From contig NC_043000.1 in NCBI RefSeq assembly GCF_006345805.1, forward strand, positions 114,948,001-115,012,000: a DNA stretch of 64,000 bases. Direction: 5' to 3'. The position numbers and the translations under genes were made by a program. The notes under the pieces were generated by a model, which saw nothing but the letters and a program-made list of their open reading frames with translations, ran no database searches and was not told the DNA's origin. Shown in pieces: positions 36,573-48,213 of this stretch; positions within the stretch are counted from its first letter, which is position 1, and every line of letters begins with the position of its first letter. Source of the stretch: Octopus sinensis (lineage: Eukaryota).

Positions 36573-37415
36573 TTATATATATATCAGATAAGGTTTAAGA
36601 TTATTTTCAGAATATTTTCCCATTATGCACCGTTTCGGGTATCTGTACATCAAAAACCTCTGATATCTTAAAAACTACTTGTCCAATATATATATATACA
36701 TTATATATATATGTATATTGTTGCTATTATGTTAAACTGTCATATGTCCAAATTTTAAATGCGTTTTTTTTTTTTAATATTTATTTTTGCTTGCAATGGT
36801 CGGTTGTTTTGGTCAAACTATCGTATCTCCAGCTACTTCATATGCCAAGATATCAAAAATTGTTAAAGTGTAGTACAATGGTTTTGCTGTGGAATGGTAA
36901 AATTATATTTTCGTTTTCTGAAAAAGCACCGTTTTGGACTTACGACACTTTTGCATAATAGCAACGATATATATTTAATGAGTTTATTGTATACAGTGCC
37001 CAGGTGTACTACAACTCATCAGAAAAAGGAACCAAAACTGCAGGAATAGTATATAGAATATGCACAAGAAGTGAACAGTGAATAGGTATTAAAAAAAAAA
37101 CCAAGTGAAGAAGATGTGTTCAGAAACATCACAAGATGTAAAGGAAAAAAAATACTGCTTCCTATATTAATATGCTAACACTAATATATTTGGCGGGGGC
37201 TAATGCAGTTTCGCACCTCCCCGTGAAAAATACAACCCTTTAGGGTCCAAAGCACAGGAGTGGTTGTGTGATAAGTAGCTTGCTTACCAACCACATGGTT
37301 CTGGGTTTAGTACCACTGCGTGGCATCTTGGCCAAGTGTCTTCTACTATAGCCTCGGGCTGACTAAAGCTTTGTGAGTGGATTTGGTAGACAGAAACTGA
37401 AAGAAGCTCGTCGTA

Positions 37416-37471
<56 letters not shown>

Positions 37472-37614
37472 CAATAATAACAAAGGGTAAAATTAATTAA
37501 TTAACTAGTAATCAATAATTTCACCAAGTAGAGGAAATAGCTAAGGTTCTCTGGCTGGTATTTCTAAACTTCGGTATGTGGTAAAGCAAATCTCTGCTGA
37601 GCCCTAATTATAAA

Positions 37615-37647
<33 letters not shown>

Positions 37648-39083
37648 ATATGTACGTGTATCTATCTTTCTCCCTCCAACATTACTTGACAACTGATGCT
37701 GGTAAGTTTCCAGCCCTGTAACTTAGCGGTTCAGTATAAGAGACTGATAGAATAAGTACAAGGCTTACAAAGAATAAGTCCTGGGGTCAATTTGCTTGAC
37801 TAAAGATAGTGCTCCAGCATGACCACACTCAAATGACTGAAACAAATAAAAGAGTGACAAAGTAATAATTTGGTTCCACTTCTAAAATGCACAAAATATC
37901 TTGGATAGTTTTTGCCACCTCACTGACTCTATGGCAAGTGACATTCCAGCTTTGGCCATCCTATCTTTTTAGATATCGGTGTATCAAGCATTATATTATG
38001 AAATGTGTGCAGATTTGGCTGCTCTTTCTAGCAACCATTTTGGCTTGTTATGTTGCTGTTGTTGTTAGATGTTGCTGTTAGTTACTGTAAGAATTCTTGA
38101 AATTTCTTTTAACCATGGTATGAACTTTTTCCTGGCAACACTGCTAACACCACAACCACCACCACCACCACCACCACTATCACCACTGTCATCACCACCA
38201 CCATCACTGCCAACAACAACACTATCACCACCACCATCAACAACAACAACAACACTATCACCACCATCACCACCACCACAACCATTACTACCACAACCAC
38301 CATCAACACCACCACCACCACCACTGCTGCTGTTGCTGCTACTACTACCACCACTACTACTACTAGTAGTCACTGAGAGAGCCTTAGTGAGGTCACTCTA
38401 CCCGCTAGAAATTACTGTTAAATCTCCTTCAACTCACGCTCTGCCATCATGGAGCAATTGTAGAATATTAGGAAGGCATGACTGCAGCTGGGACACCTTT
38501 GATCATATAGATAAGTCGGCTTCTACACCAAGAATGACCTGGGGCTAAACTGCATCACCACCACCAACAACAATAACAACAACAACACTGTCACACTGCC
38601 ACACTGCCAACCATTGTCCACTTGTCACCAGCTTCTTTCCTTTTTTTCTCCTCCTCCTCCTACCTCCAGTTCAGGTTTATTGTTCAGTGACTGACCTCAA
38701 TCTTAAGCAATGACATCTCTCTCCACCATTCTGTACACCACCACTTCCACCACCACCACCATGATCACAATCGTCTCCTCCACCACCAATACCACCTCCA
38801 CTGACATACCAACATATAACAATATAGAGATTGTTTCATTAACACAGTGAGTGATGTGACCCCCCCCACACACACACCTCCACTCCAAGATGGTTTAAGG
38901 TGTTTTTTTTTTCTTTACTCTTCATTTTCAGCAGGGAAGGATATGGATGGAATGATGGAATTAGCAGGGATGGTCAATATTTTTTGCCATGCACTACTAG
39001 AAATATTTGTCAAATCTCTGTTAACTCTTTAGTATTCAGATTTCTTTGTCAAATATAATTCTTATTTATTGACATTATTTTAA

Positions 39084-39555
39084 CCCATTTGTTACTGTAT
39101 TTCTGTTGAGATGCTCTGTGTTTCTTCCAGTTACTTTAAATATAACAAAGAATTTAATAAAATAACTTGGTTATCATTCAGCTAGTGTTAGGAATATAAA
39201 TTGAGACTAAGCTTAGGTGGAAGATTTTAATTCAGAACTTATGAAAACAAGTCATTTGTACTACAGAGCCAGAGGCAGTTTCAGCCAGGTTGGTATCAAA
39301 AGAGTTAAGAATTGCTTCTCTATTATATATTATAACCCTTTTGTTACTGTATATATTTTGAGATGCACTGTGTTTCTTCCAATTACTTTAAATATAACAA
39401 AGAATTTAATAAAATAACTTGGTTATCATTCAGCTAGTGTTAGGAACATAAATTGAGACTAAGCTTAGGTGGAAGATTTTAATTCAAAACTGATGAAAAC
39501 AAGACATTTTTACTCAGAGCCAGAGACGGTTCCAGCCATATTGGTAACAAAAGGG
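39084..39555. mobile_element. Two tandem piggyBac-like MITEs
   Basis: TTAA-CCC(A/T)TTTGTTAC ... GTAACAAAAGGG-TTAA; copies 39084-39304 and 39336-39555. Confidence 0.7.
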
Positions 39556-40049
39556 TTAAATTATAGTATAGATTGTTTGCCAACATAACATGATAGTCCT
39601 GGTTTAGGACGAATGTTGCTGTAATTTAACCCCAGGAGACATTTTCTCCAACTGGCTATACAACACGATCTGTGTCCTTATATTTTCGCAACAGAACTTT
39701 GTAGTAAAGATTGTTTGCCAACAAAACATGGCTGTCGACGAATGTTGCTGTAATTTAGCCCCAGGAGACATCGTCTCCAGCTGTCTATACAACACAGGGT
39801 TAAATTAATCAAGCATCTTGTAGCTTTAAGATTTTGGTGATATGCTTGTGTATTTTTAGAATGACATTGTAGGGTAGGTGTGAGAGGCTGGATCTGGCTA
39901 GTTTGAACATAAAACAGGCAGAATATTTGAGCCAGATATGGATGGTATAAATGCTAAAGGGTTAAAAAATACCCAACTATATCAAGTGATGAAACAGCAC
40001 ATTAGATCAAGATTTCCCATCCTTGAAATACCATCCCTCTCCCCCACCT

Positions 40050-40270
40050 CTCTGCTCTTGCTCGATGGTGCTGGGGTCATCCCAGAGTAGTTGTCCCAGA
40101 GGCGTCATTGTGCACAGAGCTAACCAGGTCCACCAGTGCCCACCATCACAAGTGGTCCTGTACCAGCCCTTTTGCATCCTCCAAGGTGACATCAAGCCTC
40201 TGAAGATCTTCCTTAATCACGTCTACCCATCTGGTGTGGGGTCTGCCATGGGGCCTCTTTCAGCTTGAAG
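40050..40270 (-). mobile_element. RTE-type LINE 3' end fragment
   Basis: RPHTRWVDVIKEDLQRLDVTLEDA...W.ALVDLVSS. Confidence 0.65.
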
Positions 40271-41423
40271 CTGCTGCATCATACAAGAGTAAGGTCTTGG
40301 TAGGATGATCTGATTGAAGGCAGAGGACATGTTCATACCAACATAAGCAATAGAGGGCTATTAATCTTTTTATTTCTCTTTTTAAAAATTCAAAAAACTG
40401 CTTTGAAAAGTTTGGCTGTGCTAAATTCTTCAGATGCCACGGATTACGTTTAAGAAATCTCACTTTGTTTAAAACAGATATTTCAAGAATTCCCTGTTAA
40501 GAGGTTATTCTCTCCCTTATCATTTCTTTACAATCCAAAGGTGCCAATATTTGGAATAAAAAGGGTAAAGACCTCCTTCGATCATGAATGACCATAGGAT
40601 TGCCCCTAGAAAGTACCCCTTCAAGGCACAAGTTTGGGCAATGTTGTTTATGAAAGACCAGCAGTTGCCCATACATGCCAGCCTCCACTTGTCATGCCGC
40701 CAGAATTATCCAAAGGAGAAGTAAAAGCTGATACAGCTTGACACCAGTGACATCACAACTCATTTCTACAGCTGAGTGAACCAGAGCAACGTGAAATAAC
40801 GTGTCTCTTCCAAGAACAGAACACACAGCCCAGTCCAGGAACTGAACGTCCAACACCTTCACATTTGGAATATACTGTGCATTTATAATAAACATGAAAA
40901 TGACTCAAAAATTTGTTTACATATAATTATTGCATTTATCAGTATTTCTTGTGGAATCCCTAGCAAGCTCTCGTAGAACTGTAGAGTTCCTGAAAATGGA
41001 TGGGAAATACTGGTATATATAATGCAGTCCTAGAGCAGTGATGGTAATCCCATGACATATGCAACAGTTTTGAAACACTGCAGGGATTTTTGGTGATGTG
41101 TGATGAACTTTCAAGGAAAGGTCTATCTCCCTACACAATATCATTATCATCATCATCATCATCATCTAACGTCCATTGTCCATGCTGGCATGGGTTGGAC
41201 TGTTTGGCTGGGCTGGCACGCTGGAAGGCTACGTTAGGATCCAGTTTGATATGGCATGGTTTTGTATGGCTGGATGCCCTTCCTAAAGCCAACCACTCCA
41301 AGAGTGTAATGGGTGCTTTTGCATGGGTGCCATTTGCATGACACCGGTATCTGCTATGACTGTGATTTTGCTAGGTTTGATGGGTCTTCTCAAGCACAAC
41401 ATAATGCCAAATTTCTTGGGCAT

Positions 41424-41665
41424 TGCCTCCGTGAGGACCAACACTCGAAAGGAGCTCGGCCATTTTGCCTCCATGAGGCCCAATTCTTGAAACGAACACA
41501 GCCACCTCATCTCTATGAGGCCTGCTCAAAAGGAACTCAGCCACCTCGTCTCCATGAATCCCAATACTTGAAAGGAACTCAGCTACTTTGCATCTATAAG
41601 GCCCAGGAGCTCGGCCACTTTGCCTCCATGAGGCCCAACACTCAAAAGGAACTGAGTTACCTTGC
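41424..41665. repeat. Degenerate ~42-bp minisatellite (about 6 units)
   Basis: Unit GCCTCC(G/A)TGAGGCCCAACACTCGAAAGGAACTCAGCCACTT. Confidence 0.7.
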
Positions 41666-42738
41666 CTTATATAAAGTTTATTTGTAATCATCATCATCGT
41701 CAAGATCCCTTAACTGATGCAACCAGTTACTGGGGCACAAAACTAGATGCCTTAGTAGTTAGCCATCACCACTGGTCTCTTTTTCCTCTTATGCATAGCA
41801 AGTTCGCTGTGTTGTGACCTGTCCAGTCCTTGATGTTGTCAAACCAGGATTTTCTCATTCTGTCTCTCCCTCACTCTCCCTCTACTGTGAAGAAATGCTT
41901 TGGACAAAGAGTTGTGCCAGGATACATGACTCTGGCAAGCAAGCTTTTGTCTTTTACCTGTGCAGGGAGTGGTTCTTGTGTCTGCCAGTGTATTTGCCGA
42001 TTTATGGTTTGACAATGTTGTTCATTTTGTGCTGTGTGTACAGGATGTGTAAACAGCCTTCTGAAGCACTTGCGCTCAAATACTTGGATGCGATGTATTC
42101 TTCCATTTTAAGACAGCTAACTTGAGATTTGGCTGCTATTTCTAGCATGTCGAGCGACCCCATAAAGTATTCCCCCAATGCATCGACTCGGATCTACACG
42201 TTGTTTAACCCTCAGTCAGCTTTGACTGAGAAGATCTGTGATAAAGAAAAAAACTCCAGCCGTGACTATCCCGACGTTTAGGACTATTTAGGATTACATT
42301 ATCGATATGTTATTTCTAAGATTTGAGGAACATTTGGTTTCTATTTCTAGATGGTCGATCGACCACACAGAGGCTTCCTCGTTGGATCGTGAAGGAAAGA
42401 TATACACAATACTGGTGGTTAAAGGAATCTACCCTTGATCGTCACTCAAGACACAGCGTGTAGTTGTACCCACTTTTACCCCTAACTTCTTTTTACCTGA
42501 CTTTATCTCTCCCTCAATATCTACCTGAGTTTGTTGGACTCTCTCTATCTATTTTCTTATTTATCAATCTCTTCTTAATATTCCCCCTCTACCTTTCTTA
42601 TATTGTTCTTATTCTCGTACCACCCCGCTTACGTACATATACACCTTACACACAGACTCTCTCGCTTTCTCCACGTGTCACCACTCTGCCCATCACCACC
42701 ATCTCCGACCATTCAGGTTACCTGTAAGTCTCCTCCTC

Positions 42739-42842
42739 CCTCTCTATTCCGTCCCCCACCCAACCGGAACGACATACCTGGGTACTGTTTACAGTAATCT
42801 CATTCGTTCTTTCACCTGGAGATGTCTACACAACCAATGCCG
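42739..42842 (+). repeat. 104-bp inverted repeat, left arm
   Basis: Exact reverse complement of 45043-45146. Confidence 0.92.
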
Positions 42843-43624
42843 TCCAGTTAAAAGAAACTGGTCCGGGTCGGGTATTTACCCTAATCTAGCTGACTGGAGT
42901 TTGTCAGAAACCAACTTACAACAACACAAAAGAAACTGCCAAGATTTTAATTCTTCACACTTCTCTTTCTCTCTCTCTTCACATATCTAAAGTACAATAG
43001 ATATACATATATATGTGCATATATACATACGTATGTGTGTATATAAGTTATTTATTTTCTCCCTATGGGATGTCAAACAAAAGTTAGTTTAAAAAAGAAA
43101 TGTCCCATGAACAGAGAAACACCAAAAAAACGTGTTTATATTTTGAAGTGCTTCCAATGAACAAAAACCAAACTAATGTATTTCTGCTGCACACAACCGC
43201 TCGTAATAAATAAATAATTAATATTCATTAATGTATATTTAAGAAAATGAAAACAAATTAGCAAAATATTTGTTTTGTTTATTTCGTCATTAAAAAAAAT
43301 ATCACGAAAGGAAACAAAAAGTTGAAAGCAAAAACAAATTCCGAAAGGCAAAATTTAAAACTTTTTCCAGTTTATTTGATAATAATAATTATCTTTTTGA
43401 TATACAACTTAAAAGTACTTTGAAATGTTAACACTCTCCTGGATGTATATTACTTAAATATATATATATATTTACACTTTTGTGTGTATACTTCATTTGC
43501 AAAATGCCACTTTGGAAATCTTTATCGTTGAAATCTCCATCGGAGGTATGTAATATTCTTTTTACTTTTCCTTTACTAATCTCTTGTTTTCGTTCCCGGC
43601 CCCTTTCTTTTTATTTAATTCCAG

Positions 43625-43865
43625 TATGGCGATGATGGACCTTCTTGTACAACTTGCTGCTAGCAAAAGGTTGAACCCGTCGGCTCATGTGCTAGTAGCG
43701 GTATCTGAACGCGATAACGAACCCATCGATTACAAAGCTAACCAACCGGTCGGTTTGGTGGAGAGTCACAGGGTGAATTTGTTACCCAAGGAACAGTGTA
43801 AGACTCCACCTTACGCGGTAGGTACAGGCAACGACAATAAGATGGACAAACCTCTTCCATTCGAG
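43625..43865 (+). CDS. COBL: Internal coding exon of a cordon-bleu (Cobl/Cobl-like) gene, ubiquitin-like Cobl domain
   Basis: (S)MAMMDLLVQLAASKRLNPSAH...IDYKANQPVGLVESHRVNLLPK...PFE resembles vertebrate COBL SHAMMDLLVELC..NHLNPSHH...FKPNTLIG...PE as I recall it. Polypyrimidine tract + CAG acceptor (43622-43624), GAG|GTAAAG donor; phase 2 in, phase 0 out. Confidence 0.85.
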
Positions 43866-43962
43866 GTAAAGTGATTAATTCTTTCAGTTCTTTTATATTG
43901 CCCTTTTATGACGATAATTTTGTTGAAACAATCTTAATACACAACGTTTTGAATTATCACAG

Positions 43963-44333
43963 ACTAGCAGAGTATCGCCCGGCGTTGCTCGGGTTTGTTT
44001 CGACCCTTTAGAATTGGAATTTTTGAAAAGTAAAAATTTTGTATTATGTAGCTTGTTATTCTCTTTAAGTGAACATTTTTCTGGTTGAAATACACCGAAA
44101 AATGACGACACAGCAGTCAAAAAATCGTAAAAAATAGGGATTTTCATAGAAAAAAAGCACCTTTTTGATGTAAATAATTTTTGGTGTTAACATGGTCCGA
44201 TTTGAATTTTTTCTTGGTCAACTTGCGCCGCAGGGTCTCGGAGGAGATAGTGTTAGTTGGAGGCTACCAAACCTGCCATACACAGACAACTTCAGCTTTA
44301 GGTACTTGTAGCCAGCTTTATATATAGAGAGAT
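43963..44333 (-). mobile_element. Non-autonomous Helitron, 98 bp downstream of the Cobl exon donor
   Basis: ACTAGCAGAGTATCGCCCGGCGTTGCTCGGG...CAACTTCAGCTTTA; same family as 11826. Confidence 0.8.
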
Positions 44334-45042
44334 AACATCTTATTTTGCTTACTACAGTGGTTTTCAACGGGGCCCCATGTGCTCCTGAGGAGGGCACCGC
44401 ATGATACTGTTGTTCAAGTTTACGTGCAATAAATTGGTTATGCTTGTATGATACATAAAATATTTTAACAATATTGTTTACACAATTCCTTGTATAATTC
44501 CTGGATCTTTTCGCTTTAACCGGCAGTTTTTTAAAATAATTTCTTTGTAACTAAACACTTTTAAACTTTGTATACTGGTAGAATATGTTTATAAAACATC
44601 TTTTTCTCTTGGCTTTCTTGAGAAAATTCTGTAGTTTGTAAGCTATTTCTTGCATTTCGGCAATTAGATCATAATTCCTTGTATTTAATTACAAAAATGC
44701 ATCGAATGTTTATGAGGGTCCTCAAAAGTAAAACAAAGAATTAAAGGGGTCCATAGGCAAAAAATTGAGTACTATTGGCTAAACTTAAATCTATATCTAC
44801 CTGTTGGCCTGTCCGCGTATTTTGAATCTTCTAATCTACCATTGTCCCCCCTCCGTTCAACATTAAAATGAGGTGGGTGTGTAAAATCCTTAGCGTAGGA
44901 TTTCCCCTCTCTCTCCCCTTCTATCCCCTTCTCTCTTGGGTATACAAGTATACAGTAGATCTACGGTTGCTTAATATAAGTGGAATGTTTTTTTTTCCAT
45001 TTCTCAATTTCTTTTTTTTTTTAACTTGAGCAATTCATAAGT

Positions 45043-45146
45043 CGGCATTGGTTGTGTAGACATCTCCAGGTGAAAGAACGAATGAGATTACTGTAAACAG
45101 TACCCAGGTATGTCGTTCCGGTTGGGTGGGGGACGGAATAGAGAGG
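45043..45146 (-). repeat. 104-bp inverted repeat, right arm
   Basis: Exact reverse complement of 42739-42842. Confidence 0.92.
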
Positions 45147-46781
45147 ATGATCTGCAGAAACCCTCTTTTTTGATTTCTGCGGATTTTGAATGAATGCTCA
45201 TATCGAGCAGCTGTATACCTAATATTGCCCTCCCCTGTCTATAATAGTGAGTTGGACCAAAGGAGTTTCGTTTCCTTCAAGAACAAGTTTTAGGGAAGGC
45301 TACATGATTCTACCATGCTCTTCTGGAAAGGTAGGAAAAGCTTACAACCATTACTCGTAAGCAGGGAGGATATGCTTGCATGTATTTGTGTTTGCTAATT
45401 GTTGTCAGTGCCCTTGAAGGGACACAAGCATGCTCTCTCAACTCTCCCACATATGATCCTGCAGAATATGTGATTGTCACAGGGAGGGAGAGTAACACTA
45501 GTACTAGGTCACTGCTCATTTGCAGTTGAAGACTGGAGCATTGTGAAATGAAATGCCTTGCTCAGCTTTGCAATTAAAACAAGTAGAAAACTTTTCAAAT
45601 ATAAAGTGGAAATATATAAAAATAAAAATTATTTTCCCATCTTAGTTTTGTTTCATTTTGAAAAGTAAAAATTTATTTTATGGTTTTATTATTGTTTATA
45701 TTTTGAATTACATATATATCTCTTATCTAGCCTGTCCCATAGGACGCCCCCATAGGAGTTTCAGTTGCACATACTATAAGAGTCACAGGACACTGCTCCA
45801 TGTGGTCCTGTAGTTTCTATCTAACTTGGAATATTAGGGTCTCATCCATTGTCTTGTATTCAAGATCCTCTGCATGACATCCTGCTAGTTCAAAACCAGG
45901 AATCTGATCTGTTAGGTCCTGACAATAACTAAATCCACACTCTGCTGTCGACGCTTTGATTTATTGTCTATAAGGTTTTGTCTGTCTCCTACCCTTTGAC
46001 CCGTCCAGCCTGGTAAGACCTGCCTGAAGATTTCTCTCCCTCTAGCATAGCTCTCCAGGTCAATGGAGCACACAGGCACTTCATCGCAACAAGGTACTTG
46101 TTGAATTGGCCATTGACTACACAGGAGTTCTTCTGCCCTTTGATGGGTCTTATTTTTCATCCCATAGGGTGTCCAACAATCACCCCCCTCACCAAGCAAG
46201 CTTGATGGGGTTGCCAGTTTAGTCACCGATGACACAACCATGCAACAGGTTGTACTATGTTACATGTTACCAGTAGTGCTCAAGAGCGACCATATGAGGG
46301 CACCAAAGTCTTGTAAATGCTTAAGACCTCTATGGGTCTTAATCTGGTCCTCACACACACGTACATATATTTGTGTGTATTTATTTTATGTAAACTCATA
46401 CATAAAGCAAAATAACATTGATAACTGTGCCATACCCGAAAGTGTGCTGTCTGGGGCGGCCCTTGAGTATGTGTTCCCACCCCACCCATCGACTTCCAAA
46501 CCAATACAGGCTTACCCAGCAGATTCAAATGTGCTTCCCCATAAAAGCATCATCAGGGGCAAACTACCCCCTATCCTCGCCCCCTTCTAGCTATCTTTTA
46601 CTTGTTGCGGTCATTAGACTGCAGCCATGCTGAGGCACTGCCTTTAGTCAAATGAATTGACCCCCACCCACTGCTTTATTTTTATATAAGCCTGGTACTT
46701 ATTCTATCAGTGTCCTTTGCCAAACCACTAAGTTATGGGAATGTAAACACACCAACACCAGTTGTCAAGTAGTGGAGGTGA

Positions 46782-46816
<35 letters not shown>

Positions 46817-46819
46817 AAT

Positions 46820-47059
46820 AATATTTCATAATTACGAGTATAATTATAATTAGGGTTCAGCAAAGATTTGCTTTAACACATACCGAAGTTTAGAAATAGC
46901 AGCCAAAGAACCTTAGCTATTTCTTCTACTATTTCTTCTACTTCTTAATGTAGAAGAAATAGCTAAGGTTATTTGGCTGCTATTTCTAAACTTCGGTATG
47001 TAGTAAAGCAAATCTTTGCTGAACCCTAATTATAATTATACTCGTAATTATAAAATATT
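46820..47059. repeat. ~240-bp near-perfect fold-back palindrome
   Basis: TAATTAGGGTTCAGCAAAGATTTGC...GCAAATCTTTGCTGAACCCTAATTA; same family as 37445-37615. Confidence 0.9.
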
Positions 47060-48090
47060 GTTTAAGTTTACCGAAAAATGGTCCTTTTTCATGCCAAATT
47101 CTACTTGGTGAAATTATTAATTACTAGTTAATTAATTTTACCCTTTATTATTATTGATATATATATATATATATAAATTAGAAAAAAAAACACCTTTTAT
47201 CATTTCAACAATGAAAAAATTAAATTATACTATATAGAAAAAAATTACATCCTATACGAAAAAATTAAATATAAGATAAAAACATATACCAATGATTAAG
47301 CAGTGTGCAAAATAAAATAAAATTATAAAATAAAATATAATATTATTATTATTATATATATATGAGAGGCTTCTTTCAGTTTCTGTCTACCAAATCCACT
47401 CACTCAAAGCTTTGGTGAGCTCAAGGCTCTAATAGAAGACACTTGTCCAAGGTAACATGCAGTGGAACTGAACCCAGAACCATGTGGTTGGGAAGCAAGC
47501 TACTTACCACACAGCCATGCCTTTGCTATTCTTTTTTCTTTCTTTGTCGTTTTTTTTTTTTTTTTTTTTTTTTACCTTTCTTTAGTACTGAACAGAAAAA
47601 GCATTCAATGCAGTCAAATGTGTGGATATACACCTATTGATTATATGCATGCAAATTGTGTATGTATATATATTTGCATGTATGTTCATGTAACTAGGGA
47701 ATAATATATATGTTTGTATGTACATATATTTGATATTTTCAAAAGCTTCAAGCTGCTGCATTTATAATTTGATTTTTTCCCCCTCCATTTTATATATATA
47801 TATATATGGTGCGATGGGTAAATTGTCACCATTTTATATTTTTTATTTCGTACATATGCATCATTTGTTTTTGACTTTGTTGACTACACAGTATGGTAGG
47901 GTCAGTTGGACACTGTCTTCAGGAAAAACAGCACCATAATGCAATTCACTCTGCCAAAGATTAGGAAGTGACATGCTATACTGCTTGACATTTGCAGCAG
48001 AAGCTCTAATATGAACATTTCAGAGTGTTTGGGTGTGAATCTGAGGACATGTACCAAGAGTGATAAAAATCAAACATCCAGTCAACATCA

Positions 48091-48213
48091 TGGCCTGTAG
48101 CACCCCAGCCAGTTGCTACAGCTGGCCTGTAGCACCCCAGCCAGCTGCTATAGCTGGCCTGTTACACCTCACCCAGTTGCTACAGCTGGCCTGTCGTACC
48201 CCAGCCAGTTGTG
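48091..48213. repeat. 32-bp minisatellite (about 3.8 units)
   Basis: Unit TGGCCTGTAGCACCCCAGCCAGTTGCTACAGC. Confidence 0.85.

Noticed and set aside
38065-38548. Pro/Thr/Val/Gly-rich ORFs
   Set aside because: (CAC)n/(CAA)n trinucleotide repeats without splice signals or domain content.
45780-46300. Possible LINE 5'/endonuclease region on the minus strand
   Set aside because: No diagnostic motif could be read.
48091-48213. CRISPR-like hairpin repeats
   Set aside because: Units are contiguous with no spacers, there are no cas genes, and the context is eukaryotic.
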